DNA of 64,000 bases, taken from positions 1,843 through 65,842 of the forward strand of contig JAGBWD010000012.1 in the NCBI GenBank assembly GCA_017629985.1, written 5' to 3'. The notes beneath the pieces were generated by a model. The model was not told where the DNA came from, did no database searches, and was given only the letters and a program-made list of their open reading frames with translations. A program made the translations under genes and the position numbers. Positions within the stretch are counted from its first letter, which is position 1, and every line of letters begins with the position of its first letter. Source of the stretch: Alistipes sp. (GTDB taxonomy: Bacteria; Bacteroidota; Bacteroidia; Bacteroidales; Rikenellaceae). Below are positions 51,530 to 60,510 of this stretch, one piece after another.

Positions 51530-51692
51530 ACGACTAAAGCCCTGCACAATGGCGTGGACATAATAGCCTTTATTAAGAAATAGAGTGTAGTAGCAAAAAA
51601 GTGGAAGTTGGCACTATCATCTTTCACTTTTTTTTTGTATCTTTGTGCGATTATAGGCATTTGTAGAGACTAATAATTAAAAACATCATACT

Positions 51693-54158
51693 ATGAACGT
51701 TTCTTATAACTGGCTAAAGCGCTATTTGGATGCAGACCTCTCTGCCGAGCGCATGGCCGAAATATTAACCGAACTAGGCCTTGAGGTTGAGGAGTTTGAG
51801 AAGATTGAGACTATCAAGGGGGGCTTGAAGGGCGTTGTTGTTGGTGAGGTTCTCACATGCGAGGATCACCCCGACTCTGACCACCTTCACATCACCTCGG
51901 TAGATGTGGGCGCAGAGTCACCACTACAGATTGTCTGTGGCGCTGCAAACTGCCGCAAAGGCTTAAAGGTTATGTGTGCCACCGTAGGTGCTGTGCTATA
52001 TCCTATCGACTCTGACGAGGAGTTCAAAATCAAGCGTAGCAAGATTCGCGGTGTAGAGTCTTTGGGTATGCTCTGTGCCGAGGATGAGCTAGGCATAGGT
52101 CGCAACCATGAGGGCATCATGGAGCTTCCTGCAGAGGCTGTTGTAGGCACCCCAGCAAAGGAGTATCTAAACATCGCTGACGACTACCTCATTGGCATTG
52201 GCCTTACCCCTAACCGCGTAGATGCAGCTTCGCACATTGGCGTAGCTCGTGACATTGCGGCATATCTAAAGAGCCGTGGTGAGCGCGTAGAGTTCAAGCT
52301 CCCTTCGGTAGATGGCTTTAAGATTGACGACACATCACGCACCATAGAGGTTGAGGTGGTAAATGCGGAGGCTGCACCACGCTATGCTGGTATCACAGTT
52401 AGCGGATGTAAGATTGCGCCATCGCCAGAGTGGATGCAAAATGAGCTTCGTGCTGCAGGCATCAACCCCAAGAATAACCTTGTGGATATCACCAACTATG
52501 TTCTCTTTGAGCTAGGACAGCCACTTCACGCCTTCGATGCCGATAAGATTGAGGGTGGTAAGGTTGTAGTACGCTCTGCTGTCGAGGGTGAGAAGTTTGT
52601 GACCTTGGATGGCGTGGAGCGCACGCTCACAGCCAACGACCTTATGATATGCTCTGCGGAGCGTCCTATGTGTATCGCAGGTGTATATGGTGGCCAAGAT
52701 TCGGGTATCTCGGATGAGACCGTAAATGTATTTATCGAGAGCGCATATTTCCACCCTGTGTGGGTGCGTAAGACTGCGAAGCGCTTTGGTCTTAACACCG
52801 ATGCTTCATTCCGCTTCGAGCGTGGCGTAGACCCTAACATTCAGGTATATGCCCTTAAGCGTGCCGCACTGCTTATGCAGGAGTTGGCAGGAGGCCGCAT
52901 CACATCCGAGATTATCGATATCAACCCTACGCCAGCTAGCCACTTTGAGTTTGACTTCTCGTTGGACCGCGCCCGCAAGCTCATAGGCAAGGATATCGCC
53001 GAGGAGACCTTCATGACCATCCTCGATGCTCTTGATGTTGAGGTTCGTGGCCGCGAGGGTGATGTTTTGCATGTTGCCGTACCACCATATCGTGTAGATG
53101 TTCAGCGCGAGGCTGACCTTATTGAGGATGTATTGCGCGTGTATGGCTACAACAATATTGAGATTTCGGACCACGTAAACTCTACACTATCATACGCCCC
53201 AAAACCAAATAAGAGCCGTCTTCAGAATATGGCATCAGACTACCTCTCGGCTAATGGTTACACCGAGATTATGTCTAACTCTCTCACCAAGGCATCATAT
53301 TACGAGGGCTGCACAACACACCCTGTGGAGCGTTGCGTGAAGATACTAAATCCCCTATCGCAGGATTTGAATGTCATGCGTCAGACACTCCTCTTCAATG
53401 CTTTGGAGGCTGTGGAGTTGAACGTAAATCGCCGCAACGGAAACTTGAAGATGTATGAGGTGGGTAACTGCTACTTCTTCAATGCCGAGAAGGCCGAGGA
53501 GGAGAGTGTTCTTGCCAAGTATGAGGAGGGCATGCGTCTAGGTATCACCGTCACAGGTCTTGCAACGCAGCTCTCGTGGAACAGCAAGGCCGAGGGTTCT
53601 TCATTCTTCACCCTCCGTGGCATGGTTGAGAAGCTCCTAAAGCGCTTTGGCATCGACCTTTACGCCCTACAGTGCGAGTCATTGGAGAGCGACCTCTATG
53701 CTGACGCCATACTATTTAAGCAGGGCCCAAAGGAGGTGTTGCGCATGGGTGTTGTATCGCCTATAGTACGTAAGAAGTTCGACATCAAGCAGGAGGTATA
53801 CTTCGCCGAGGTAGACTTCGACCAGCTTGTAAAGATGACCAAGAAGAGCAAGGTGCAGTTCAAGGAGCTATCAAAGTTCCCAGAGGTGAAGCGCGACTTG
53901 GCACTTTTGGTGAATAAGAGTGTTACATTCTCACAGCTTCGCTCTATCGCCTTTGCCACAGAGAAGAAGCTCCTCAAATCGGTATCGTTGTTTGATGTAT
54001 ATGAGGGCGACAAGCTCCCCGAGGGTAAGAAGTCATACGCCTTGAGCTTCATCCTTGAGGATAAGAGCCAGACCCTCACCGACAAGCAGATTGAGCGCAC
54101 CATGGCAAATATCCAGGCACAGCTGGAGCAGAAGTGTGGCGCCGAGATTCGCAAATAG
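51693..54158 (+). CDS. pheT: phenylalanine--tRNA ligase beta subunit
   Basis: HPDSDHL, IVCGAAN, LTPNR.D, GQPLHAFD, RFERGVD, SKFPEVKRDL, FDVYEG. Confidence 0.97.
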   Translation: MNVSYNWLKRYLDADLSAERMAEILTELGLEVEEFEKIETIKGGLKGVVVGEVLTCEDHPDSDHLHITSVDVGAESPLQIVCGAANCRKGLKVMCATVGAVLYPIDSDEEFKIKRSKIRGVESLGMLCAEDELGIGRNHEGIMELPAEAVVGTPAKEYLNIADDYLIGIGLTPNRVDAASHIGVARDIAAYLKSRGERVEFKLPSVDGFKIDDTSRTIEVEVVNAEAAPRYAGITVSGCKIAPSPEWMQNELRAAGINPKNNLVDITNYVLFELGQPLHAFDADKIEGGKVVVRSAVEGEKFVTLDGVERTLTANDLMICSAERPMCIAGVYGGQDSGISDETVNVFIESAYFHPVWVRKTAKRFGLNTDASFRFERGVDPNIQVYALKRAALLMQELAGGRITSEIIDINPTPASHFEFDFSLDRARKLIGKDIAEETFMTILDALDVEVRGREGDVLHVAVPPYRVDVQREADLIEDVLRVYGYNNIEISDHVNSTLSYAPKPNKSRLQNMASDYLSANGYTEIMSNSLTKASYYEGCTTHPVERCVKILNPLSQDLNVMRQTLLFNALEAVELNVNRRNGNLKMYEVGNCYFFNAEKAEEESVLAKYEEGMRLGITVTGLATQLSWNSKAEGSSFFTLRGMVEKLLKRFGIDLYALQCESLESDLYADAILFKQGPKEVLRMGVVSPIVRKKFDIKQEVYFAEVDFDQLVKMTKKSKVQFKELSKFPEVKRDLALLVNKSVTFSQLRSIAFATEKKLLKSVSLFDVYEGDKLPEGKKSYALSFILEDKSQTLTDKQIERTMANIQAQLEQKCGAEIRK

Positions 54159-54180
54159 CGACTTTATAGCCCTATAAACA

Positions 54181-54212
54181 AAGAGTGTGACGTCAGACGG
54201 CGTCACACTCTT
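54181..54212. terminator. hairpin terminator between pheT and the DJ-1 gene
   Basis: AAGAGTGTGACGTC-agac-GGCGTCACACTCTT. Confidence 0.75.
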
Positions 54213-54238
54213 ATTTTATTATCGGCACCTCGGCCACG

Positions 54239-54790
54239 CTACATTATTGTCATCGTCTCCTCTAGTACGCGAAGCAGCGTGCTAGGCTCCACAAGCTCCT
54301 CGAGAATGGCTAGCGAAAACTCCCATGATGAGGCGGCACCAGCACCTGTGATAAGGATGCCATCGCGCACCACACTATCTGAAAGCACCCAATACTCCCT
54401 CATCTGCTCCACCACCGAGGCATGACAGGTAATCCTGTGGGCCTTCGCAATAGAGGCTGCAGCAAGCACCGTGGGAGCGCCACATATAGCCGCTACTATA
54501 GCTCCACGCTTGTAATAGTCGCGCACAACGTGTAACACATGCTCCGACTCACGCAGATTCTTATACCCAGGGTTACCACCTGGAAGTATCAGGGCATCAC
54601 CACCCTCAAAGTCGCAATCCTCAATAAGCACATCGCACTTGAGCGACACAAGGCCATGCGAGGAGCTAACCTCAAGCTCCCCACCCACGGCAACTCTTAC
54701 AACCTCTACGCCTGCACGATTAAACAAATCTATGGGTGTCAGGGCCTCGACACACTCAAAGCCCTCGGCTAATAATATATATGCTCTCAT
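54239..54790 (-). CDS. DJ-1/PfpI (ThiJ/YajL) family protein
   Basis: GFECVEA, LILPGG.PG, AAICGAP, ITGAG. Confidence 0.9.
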   Translation of the reverse strand: MRAYILLAEGFECVEALTPIDLFNRAGVEVVRVAVGGELEVSSSHGLVSLKCDVLIEDCDFEGGDALILPGGNPGYKNLRESEHVLHVVRDYYKRGAIVAAICGAPTVLAAASIAKAHRITCHASVVEQMREYWVLSDSVVRDGILITGAGAASSWEFSLAILEELVEPSTLLRVLEETMTIM

Positions 54791-55797
54791 ATAAACAACT
54801 GATAAAACTCATCAAAACTCATCTTACGAACCTCACACTCCCCTATCGCCACGGGCAATACCACGTGTATATCACATTCGCTCTTCTTCTTATCCTGGCG
54901 CGTAGCACTCAATATATCGGAGATAGGAAGAGGCAACTCCAACCTAAAGCCCAGCTTCAAAAGAAGTACATCAATCACCTCTGCATCAGCGTTATCGAGT
55001 AATCCTAGACAACAGGCGGCATGGGCCATCATCGAGATACCTATCGCCACAGCCTCGCCATGGTTTAGCTCATGGGTACACTTCTCAATGGCATGGCCTA
55101 TGGTGTGTCCCAAGTTCAACAAACGGCGGCGACCACACTCCCTCTCATCCTCGGCTACAATGGCTCTCTTAACCGCCACGGCGCGACTTACTACATACTG
55201 CATCATCTCCGCGGAGGCATAAATATCTGCCGAGGAATTATTATATAGGTATTGAAATAGCTCGTCATCGCCAACAATAGCGCTCTTAACCACCTCGGCC
55301 ATTCCTGCACGTAGCTCCCTCTCGGGCAACGTACGTAGCATCTCGACATCCGAGACCACAAAACGTGGCTGGGTTATTGTGCCTATGATATTTTTATAGT
55401 GCTGAAAATTTACGCCATTCTTACCCCCTATCGAGGCATCCACCTGACCAAGGAGCGTGGTTGAGACAAAGCCAAACTCCACGCCACGCATATAGGTAGA
55501 GGCCACGAAGCCTGTGATATCTGTTACGACACCTCCGCCAATGCCTATAAGGAGTGTGGAGCGGTCAGCACCCATGCTCATAAGCTTATCGAAGATATCC
55601 ATCACACACCCCATATCTTTGCTACCCTCACCACTCTCTATTGCTATATAATTATAGCTAGTGACAAGCGTAGGATAAAGCCTCAAAATATTATTATCGG
55701 TGATTACAACGACATGTCGCTGTGGAGGCACTATAGCCTTCAGCACATCGAGGGCTTTGCCGTAATATAGCTCTGTGGCAAGGGTTTGGTTTATCAT
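54787..55797 (-). CDS. aroB: 3-dehydroquinate synthase
   Basis: GGGVVTDITGF.A..YMRG, TTLLGQVDASIGGKNG, LNLGHTIGHAIE, HGEAVAIG. Confidence 0.95.
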   Translation of the reverse strand: MINQTLATELYYGKALDVLKAIVPPQRHVVVITDNNILRLYPTLVTSYNYIAIESGEGSKDMGCVMDIFDKLMSMGADRSTLLIGIGGGVVTDITGFVASTYMRGVEFGFVSTTLLGQVDASIGGKNGVNFQHYKNIIGTITQPRFVVSDVEMLRTLPERELRAGMAEVVKSAIVGDDELFQYLYNNSSADIYASAEMMQYVVSRAVAVKRAIVAEDERECGRRRLLNLGHTIGHAIEKCTHELNHGEAVAIGISMMAHAACCLGLLDNADAEVIDVLLLKLGFRLELPLPISDILSATRQDKKKSECDIHVVLPVAIGECEVRKMSFDEFYQLFI

Positions 55798-56014
55798 ATA
55801 GGATACTCGCTATTATAGTACAAAGATATATTATTTTTTTGAATTAGCGACATTATACTACTCTTTATAGCCGAGGCACACACCTCCACCATATCAAAAT
55901 ATAGACTCGGCATCTAGGGGCGTATCACATTTTTTTTATAAACTCCCCTTTTACTTTGTAAAAGTGAGAACAATTACTTACTTTTGCGCCCAAAATCAAC
56001 AAAAATTTTTAGAA

Positions 56015-57520
56015 ATGAAAAGATTTATGATGTTAGTGGCTCTCATCATGGGACTTCTATTTGTTTCATGCGAGAGTAGCAACGAGACCAAAACAACCAA
56101 CAAGCTAGCTATCACATCCCCAAGCGAGGTGCAGCTAGGCAAGTATGGCGAGACCATCACAATCACCTACACAGGTACCAATGATGAGCTTGCCGAGGTG
56201 ACAATAAACAGCGATTGGCTGCGTGCGTCACAGCACGAGGTAGGCACCCTCACCGTAAATGTTGCGGACAACGAGAGTGAAGGTAGCCGTATGGCAGCGA
56301 TAACATTGAGCCACAATGGCACTACAGCATCGATAGTTATCAGCCAGTCGAACGAGGCTACACTGCCTATCATCACCTCACTCTCTGGCCAGGAGATGGA
56401 GCTTAAGCGCGCTGGAACGATAGCAATCATCGAGTATCAGCTCGAGAACACCAACCCTGTAGATTATGTATATGCAAAGACCGATGCAGAGTGGATATAC
56501 TCTATCGACACCAAGACCGAGGGTTGCGTGAAGCTTGGCGTATCTACAAACACCACAAAGGCTCTCCGCGAGAGTGTAATAACTGTAGGTTATGGCGCTG
56601 CATCGTTCAACATCACCCTCAAGCAGCTTGGTGATGGCGAGAGCGCTTTCAAGGCTACGGTGATGAGTGGCGAGTATTATGGCGACTCATACACCCCTGG
56701 CATAGGCAACTACTTCTTCACGTTGAGCGACCGAGGCTTCGATGCCGAGGGTAAGGGCATGCCTAGCGCAACATACTACCGTATTGACGCCTATGGCGAT
56801 GTGTATACCGGATATGACTCTTATGTGCCTATTGCTAACGGCACATACACCTTCGACCCAGAGAACACATACGCAAAGGGTACGTTCACAGCCGAGTATA
56901 GCGGATTCTGGGTGACAAACAAGGATGGTAAGCGCAACGAGGATATCACAACATTCGAGTCGGGAACCATGGTTGTTGAGAATGGCAAGATTACCCTTGA
57001 CGTGGTTATCGGTGGCGAGGCACACCACGTGGAGTATGTGGGTAGCACATCTATCGCCGATGCCCAGGGTAGTGTGACAATATTATCTACGCTCGATGGC
57101 GACCTCGAGGCAGACCTCTCGAACCACACCATGATTTACGAGTGCTACGGCGACTACTACGAGTTTGGATACACCAACTGGATGTTCAAAATCGTACCTA
57201 ACGGCAATAGCGGCGACGGCTTCCAGTTTGACTTCATCACAGGCTACACAACCCCAGAGGAGGGCTTCATCGGCGAATACATAGCTTCGGACTTCCTCGC
57301 AACAAACTCATTTATCCCTGGCTGGACAGATGGCTATGCTATGCTATGTAGCTGGTACTTCAATGCCGAGCAGACCGAGGTAGCACCATTCCGCGGTGGT
57401 AAGATGTCGATAAAGGATAATGGCGATGGCACAGTGACCATTGACATTGACGTTACCGATGACCTTCGCAATCGCATCACAGGAACATGGACAGGTGTGC
57501 CTCAAGCAAATAAGAACTAA
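56015..57520 (+). CDS. surface lipoprotein, two BACON-like plus two tandem beta domains
   Basis: SPII FVSC; NSDWL, DAEWI, N..E..R motifs; paralog of 15780-17090; ATG 56015 lies downstream of TACTTTTG (55979-55986). Confidence 0.75.
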   Translation: MKRFMMLVALIMGLLFVSCESSNETKTTNKLAITSPSEVQLGKYGETITITYTGTNDELAEVTINSDWLRASQHEVGTLTVNVADNESEGSRMAAITLSHNGTTASIVISQSNEATLPIITSLSGQEMELKRAGTIAIIEYQLENTNPVDYVYAKTDAEWIYSIDTKTEGCVKLGVSTNTTKALRESVITVGYGAASFNITLKQLGDGESAFKATVMSGEYYGDSYTPGIGNYFFTLSDRGFDAEGKGMPSATYYRIDAYGDVYTGYDSYVPIANGTYTFDPENTYAKGTFTAEYSGFWVTNKDGKRNEDITTFESGTMVVENGKITLDVVIGGEAHHVEYVGSTSIADAQGSVTILSTLDGDLEADLSNHTMIYECYGDYYEFGYTNWMFKIVPNGNSGDGFQFDFITGYTTPEEGFIGEYIASDFLATNSFIPGWTDGYAMLCSWYFNAEQTEVAPFRGGKMSIKDNGDGTVTIDIDVTDDLRNRITGTWTGVPQANKN

Positions 57521-57548
57521 TAATAACTAAAACTAAAACTATAACACA

Positions 57549-59420
57549 ATGTTCAAGAGACTATTTTCTATCGTTGCAATTCTTGCTGTTGTGATGACAG
57601 TAGGTTGCAAGAAAAACCAGCAGGAGGAGGTAGCCACAGGCGCAACAACCTTCACCCTTGCCCAGACCGAGATTAGTGTGTCGGCAGATGGTGGCAATCA
57701 GAGCGTAAAGTACACCATCAAAAATGCACAGCCTGGCGCCGTAGTAATCTCTAACTGCTCTTCAAGCTGGATTAAGGAGTTGAGCACAGCAACCGTAGGT
57801 GAAATCACCTTCACCGTAGCTCCTAACTACGCAGCAGATACTCGCGAGGCAACTATCGCTGTGGAGTATACTGCTGTGGATGAGAAGTTTGAGATTAAGA
57901 TTCAGCAGGCAGGTAGCACCAAGCCTATGTTTGAGTATGAGGTTGTGATAAACGAGCCTACACACCTCTCACTAAACGTAACTCCTGCCGACCTCACTAC
58001 AGCCTACGTATGCCGTACCTATACCAAGGACCATATCGAGGCATTCGACCTTTTGAGTGACGAGGCGTTGATAGCTTACGACCTTGAGGCTATCGAGTAT
58101 GAGGCTGACCACGTGGGCCAGACACTCCTTAACTACTTGCAGAACATCTGCCACACAGGTAAGGGCTTCGACATTGAGTTCACACGCCTATTCCCTAATA
58201 CCGAGTATGTAGTATACTGCTACCACATAAACCTTGCTACAGGTAAGCCTCACAACAACCTAGTATACCGCGAGGTGATTACCACAGCAAAGCCTACAAC
58301 CGAGAAGTTTGATGTAGAGATGAACTTCGACATCAGCGGCGCTGTAATTACACAGACTATCACCCCTGCGGACAAGGAGGTATACTACTACGCAAACTAC
58401 TGGAACATGATGGACTTCTACAACTACTACGGCTGGGATTCAGTGATGGAGGAGACATTGGTTACCAAGTGGAACGAGAGCGTAACGATGAATGTTCAGA
58501 TGGGCTACCAGCCTTATCAGATTATTGAGAACAACTGCCTCAAGGGTGACCAGACCATTGTTCACGACCACCTCAAGGCAGAGACCGACTACGTATTCTA
58601 CATCTTCGCAGTGGATAAGGAGACAGGCTTCGCTGCTTCGGATATTATCATCGTTGAGAAGAAAACAAACAAGGCTCATGCCTCAAACATGACTATCGAC
58701 ATCGAGGTAAAGAATATATTCTGGACTACTGCTGACGTATACTGGACTGCTAGCGACCCTAACGGCAGATTTGCACGTTCGGTGATGGAGAAGAGTAAGT
58801 TCGAGGCTGTTGCCGCTACCGATGACGAGAGACTCGCAATCTTTGCAAGCGAGAACAACTTCTGGAAGGATACAGGCACCAGCGACATCAACCTCTATAA
58901 CCTAACCTCTAACACTACATACGTAGCCTTTGCATATGGCCTTGATGGTGAGTCACCTAACACACGTCTCTTCAAGAAGGAGTTTAAGACCTTGGGTGAC
59001 GATGCTGTAGGTAGCTCAAATATCAACATCAGCTGGAAGAACCACTATAACCTTGCCGAGGTTGCTGTTGCCGATGCGGAGCATTGGGGTTCTTACGCAG
59101 GCTATGAGAACCACGCCCTTGTGACCCTCGCAATCTCTGGTGCAAACTCTTCAGACGATGTATACCTCATGGTTACAACACAGCCTATCGACTACTACAC
59201 AAATAATGGCGAGTGGTTGCGCGATGTAGCAAAGGAGAGAAACAAGGTAAACTGCTACTCGAACTACAACTTCATCGGTGAGTACGAGAAGGAGTATACC
59301 GTGGTGGCGGTGGCACAGGATGCTAATGGCAACTACGGAACACTCTTCATCGAGGAGATGTATCTCTACAAGAGCGACTCTAAACCAGCTTCAGAGTACA
59401 CCTACGTAGAGAATAAATAG
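57549..59420 (+). CDS. surface lipoprotein, BACON-like plus FN3-like repeats
   Basis: SPII TVGC; SSWI...ITFTVAPN...REATI; LFPNTEYVVY, LKAETDYVFY, LTSNTTYVAF repeats. Confidence 0.75.
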   Translation: MFKRLFSIVAILAVVMTVGCKKNQQEEVATGATTFTLAQTEISVSADGGNQSVKYTIKNAQPGAVVISNCSSSWIKELSTATVGEITFTVAPNYAADTREATIAVEYTAVDEKFEIKIQQAGSTKPMFEYEVVINEPTHLSLNVTPADLTTAYVCRTYTKDHIEAFDLLSDEALIAYDLEAIEYEADHVGQTLLNYLQNICHTGKGFDIEFTRLFPNTEYVVYCYHINLATGKPHNNLVYREVITTAKPTTEKFDVEMNFDISGAVITQTITPADKEVYYYANYWNMMDFYNYYGWDSVMEETLVTKWNESVTMNVQMGYQPYQIIENNCLKGDQTIVHDHLKAETDYVFYIFAVDKETGFAASDIIIVEKKTNKAHASNMTIDIEVKNIFWTTADVYWTASDPNGRFARSVMEKSKFEAVAATDDERLAIFASENNFWKDTGTSDINLYNLTSNTTYVAFAYGLDGESPNTRLFKKEFKTLGDDAVGSSNINISWKNHYNLAEVAVADAEHWGSYAGYENHALVTLAISGANSSDDVYLMVTTQPIDYYTNNGEWLRDVAKERNKVNCYSNYNFIGEYEKEYTVVAVAQDANGNYGTLFIEEMYLYKSDSKPASEYTYVENK

Positions 59421-59676
59421 GCTATGCCAAGGCGTTGCTCTACGCCTCGCGACTAGAGCATGAAGAGGTGGGAATCTCCAAGGTGTGAGGTTTCCACCCT
59501 CTTTTTATCCTCGCAAAAGGGATATAGCACATAAAAGGTACGACAAAACAAGCAACGAGCAAATAGGTGAATATAAGCATATTAACTATTTATTGGAAAA
59601 TATTTATTAAAAAAGTTGCAAAATATTTTGGAAGTTAAGAAAAATGCTCTATCTTTGCACTCGCTTTTAAGGCAAT

Positions 59677-59753
59677 GGCGAGATAGCTCAGCTGGTCAGA
59701 GCGCATGATTCATAATCATGAGGTCGAGAGTTCAAGTCTCTCTCTCGCTACCA
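59677..59753 (+). tRNA. tRNA-Met(CAT), elongator type (Ile2 not excluded)
   Basis: GGCGAGA acceptor with paired first position, CATGA-TTCATAA-TCATG, GTTCAAGT, CCA; promoter at 59650-59657; terminator at 59753-59784. Confidence 0.92.
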
Positions 59754-59838
59754 AGGCACTTCGAAATTTCGAAGTGCTTTTTTTGTATATGTGATAAGTT
59801 TTACTTATATTTGTACTAGCAAAACTCCCCGGGTGAAA

Positions 59839-59930
59839 GGGAATTTAGGGAAATTAGGGAAATTAGGGAGAGTAGCGTACATAGCGCAAGACCCCTCCTT
59901 AAACTCCCTAAACTCCTTAAACTCCCTAAA
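59839..59930 (+). repeat. 9-mer GGG-tract hairpin repeat, copy A
   Basis: (GGGAAWTTA)3 GGGAGAG - spacer - (TAAACTCCY)n; near-identical in reverse complement to 63505-63593. Confidence 0.85.
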
Positions 59931-59940
59931 CACTATCAAA

Positions 59941-60002
59941 GGAAATTAGGGAGAGCAGTGCGCATAGAGCAAGACCACTCCCTAAACTCCCTAAATTTAG
60001 GG
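59941..60002 (+). repeat. 9-mer GGG-tract hairpin repeat, degenerate copy B
   Basis: GGAAATTAGGGAGAGCAGTGCGCATAGAGCAAGACCACTCCCTAAACTCCCTAAA. Confidence 0.75.
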
Positions 60003-60051
60003 CAATCACCGCTAGCACAACAGAGAAAACACTAATAAACAATTAAACAAT

Positions 60052-60441
60052 ATGGAAGAGCAGATGAATTCTATTAAGCAATTTGCCGATTCGGCTGTAG
60101 CATGGTATGTTAAATGTATCAAGCTGTATGTTACATTCACAGGCCGAGCACGTAGAGCAGAGTATTGGATGTTTTGTCTTACAAACTTTGTAATAGCAAC
60201 ACTAATTGGTCTTATTGGCTTTATTCTAAACACAGACATCCTATCTACGCTATACGGACTATTTGTCTTTATCCCAAATATCGCTGTTGGTGTACGCCGT
60301 CTTCACGACATTGGCAAGAGCGGATGGTTCTACCTCGTAGCACTTATCCCTATCATTGGTTGGATTTGGTTGTTAATACTCTTATGCCAGGATAGCCAGC
60401 CAGGAGGTAACGAGTATGGCCCTAACCCAAAGGAGGCATAG
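60052..60441 (+). CDS. DUF805 inner membrane protein (YhaH/YhaI-like)
   Basis: FTGRARRAEYW, VGVRRLHDIGKSGW, NEYGPNP. Confidence 0.92.
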   Translation: MEEQMNSIKQFADSAVAWYVKCIKLYVTFTGRARRAEYWMFCLTNFVIATLIGLIGFILNTDILSTLYGLFVFIPNIAVGVRRLHDIGKSGWFYLVALIPIIGWIWLLILLCQDSQPGGNEYGPNPKEA

Positions 60442-60510
60442 CAGGGAGATACCTTTAGCATAAAAAGACGATAGGCGTTTGCTTATCGTTTTTTTTCGTA
60501 TATTTGCACT

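Noticed and set aside
59839-59868. TTTAGGG/TTAGGG as eukaryotic telomere contamination
   Set aside because: The period is 9 nt, the arms are inverted around a conserved spacer, and the flanking genes are contiguous Bacteroidota genes
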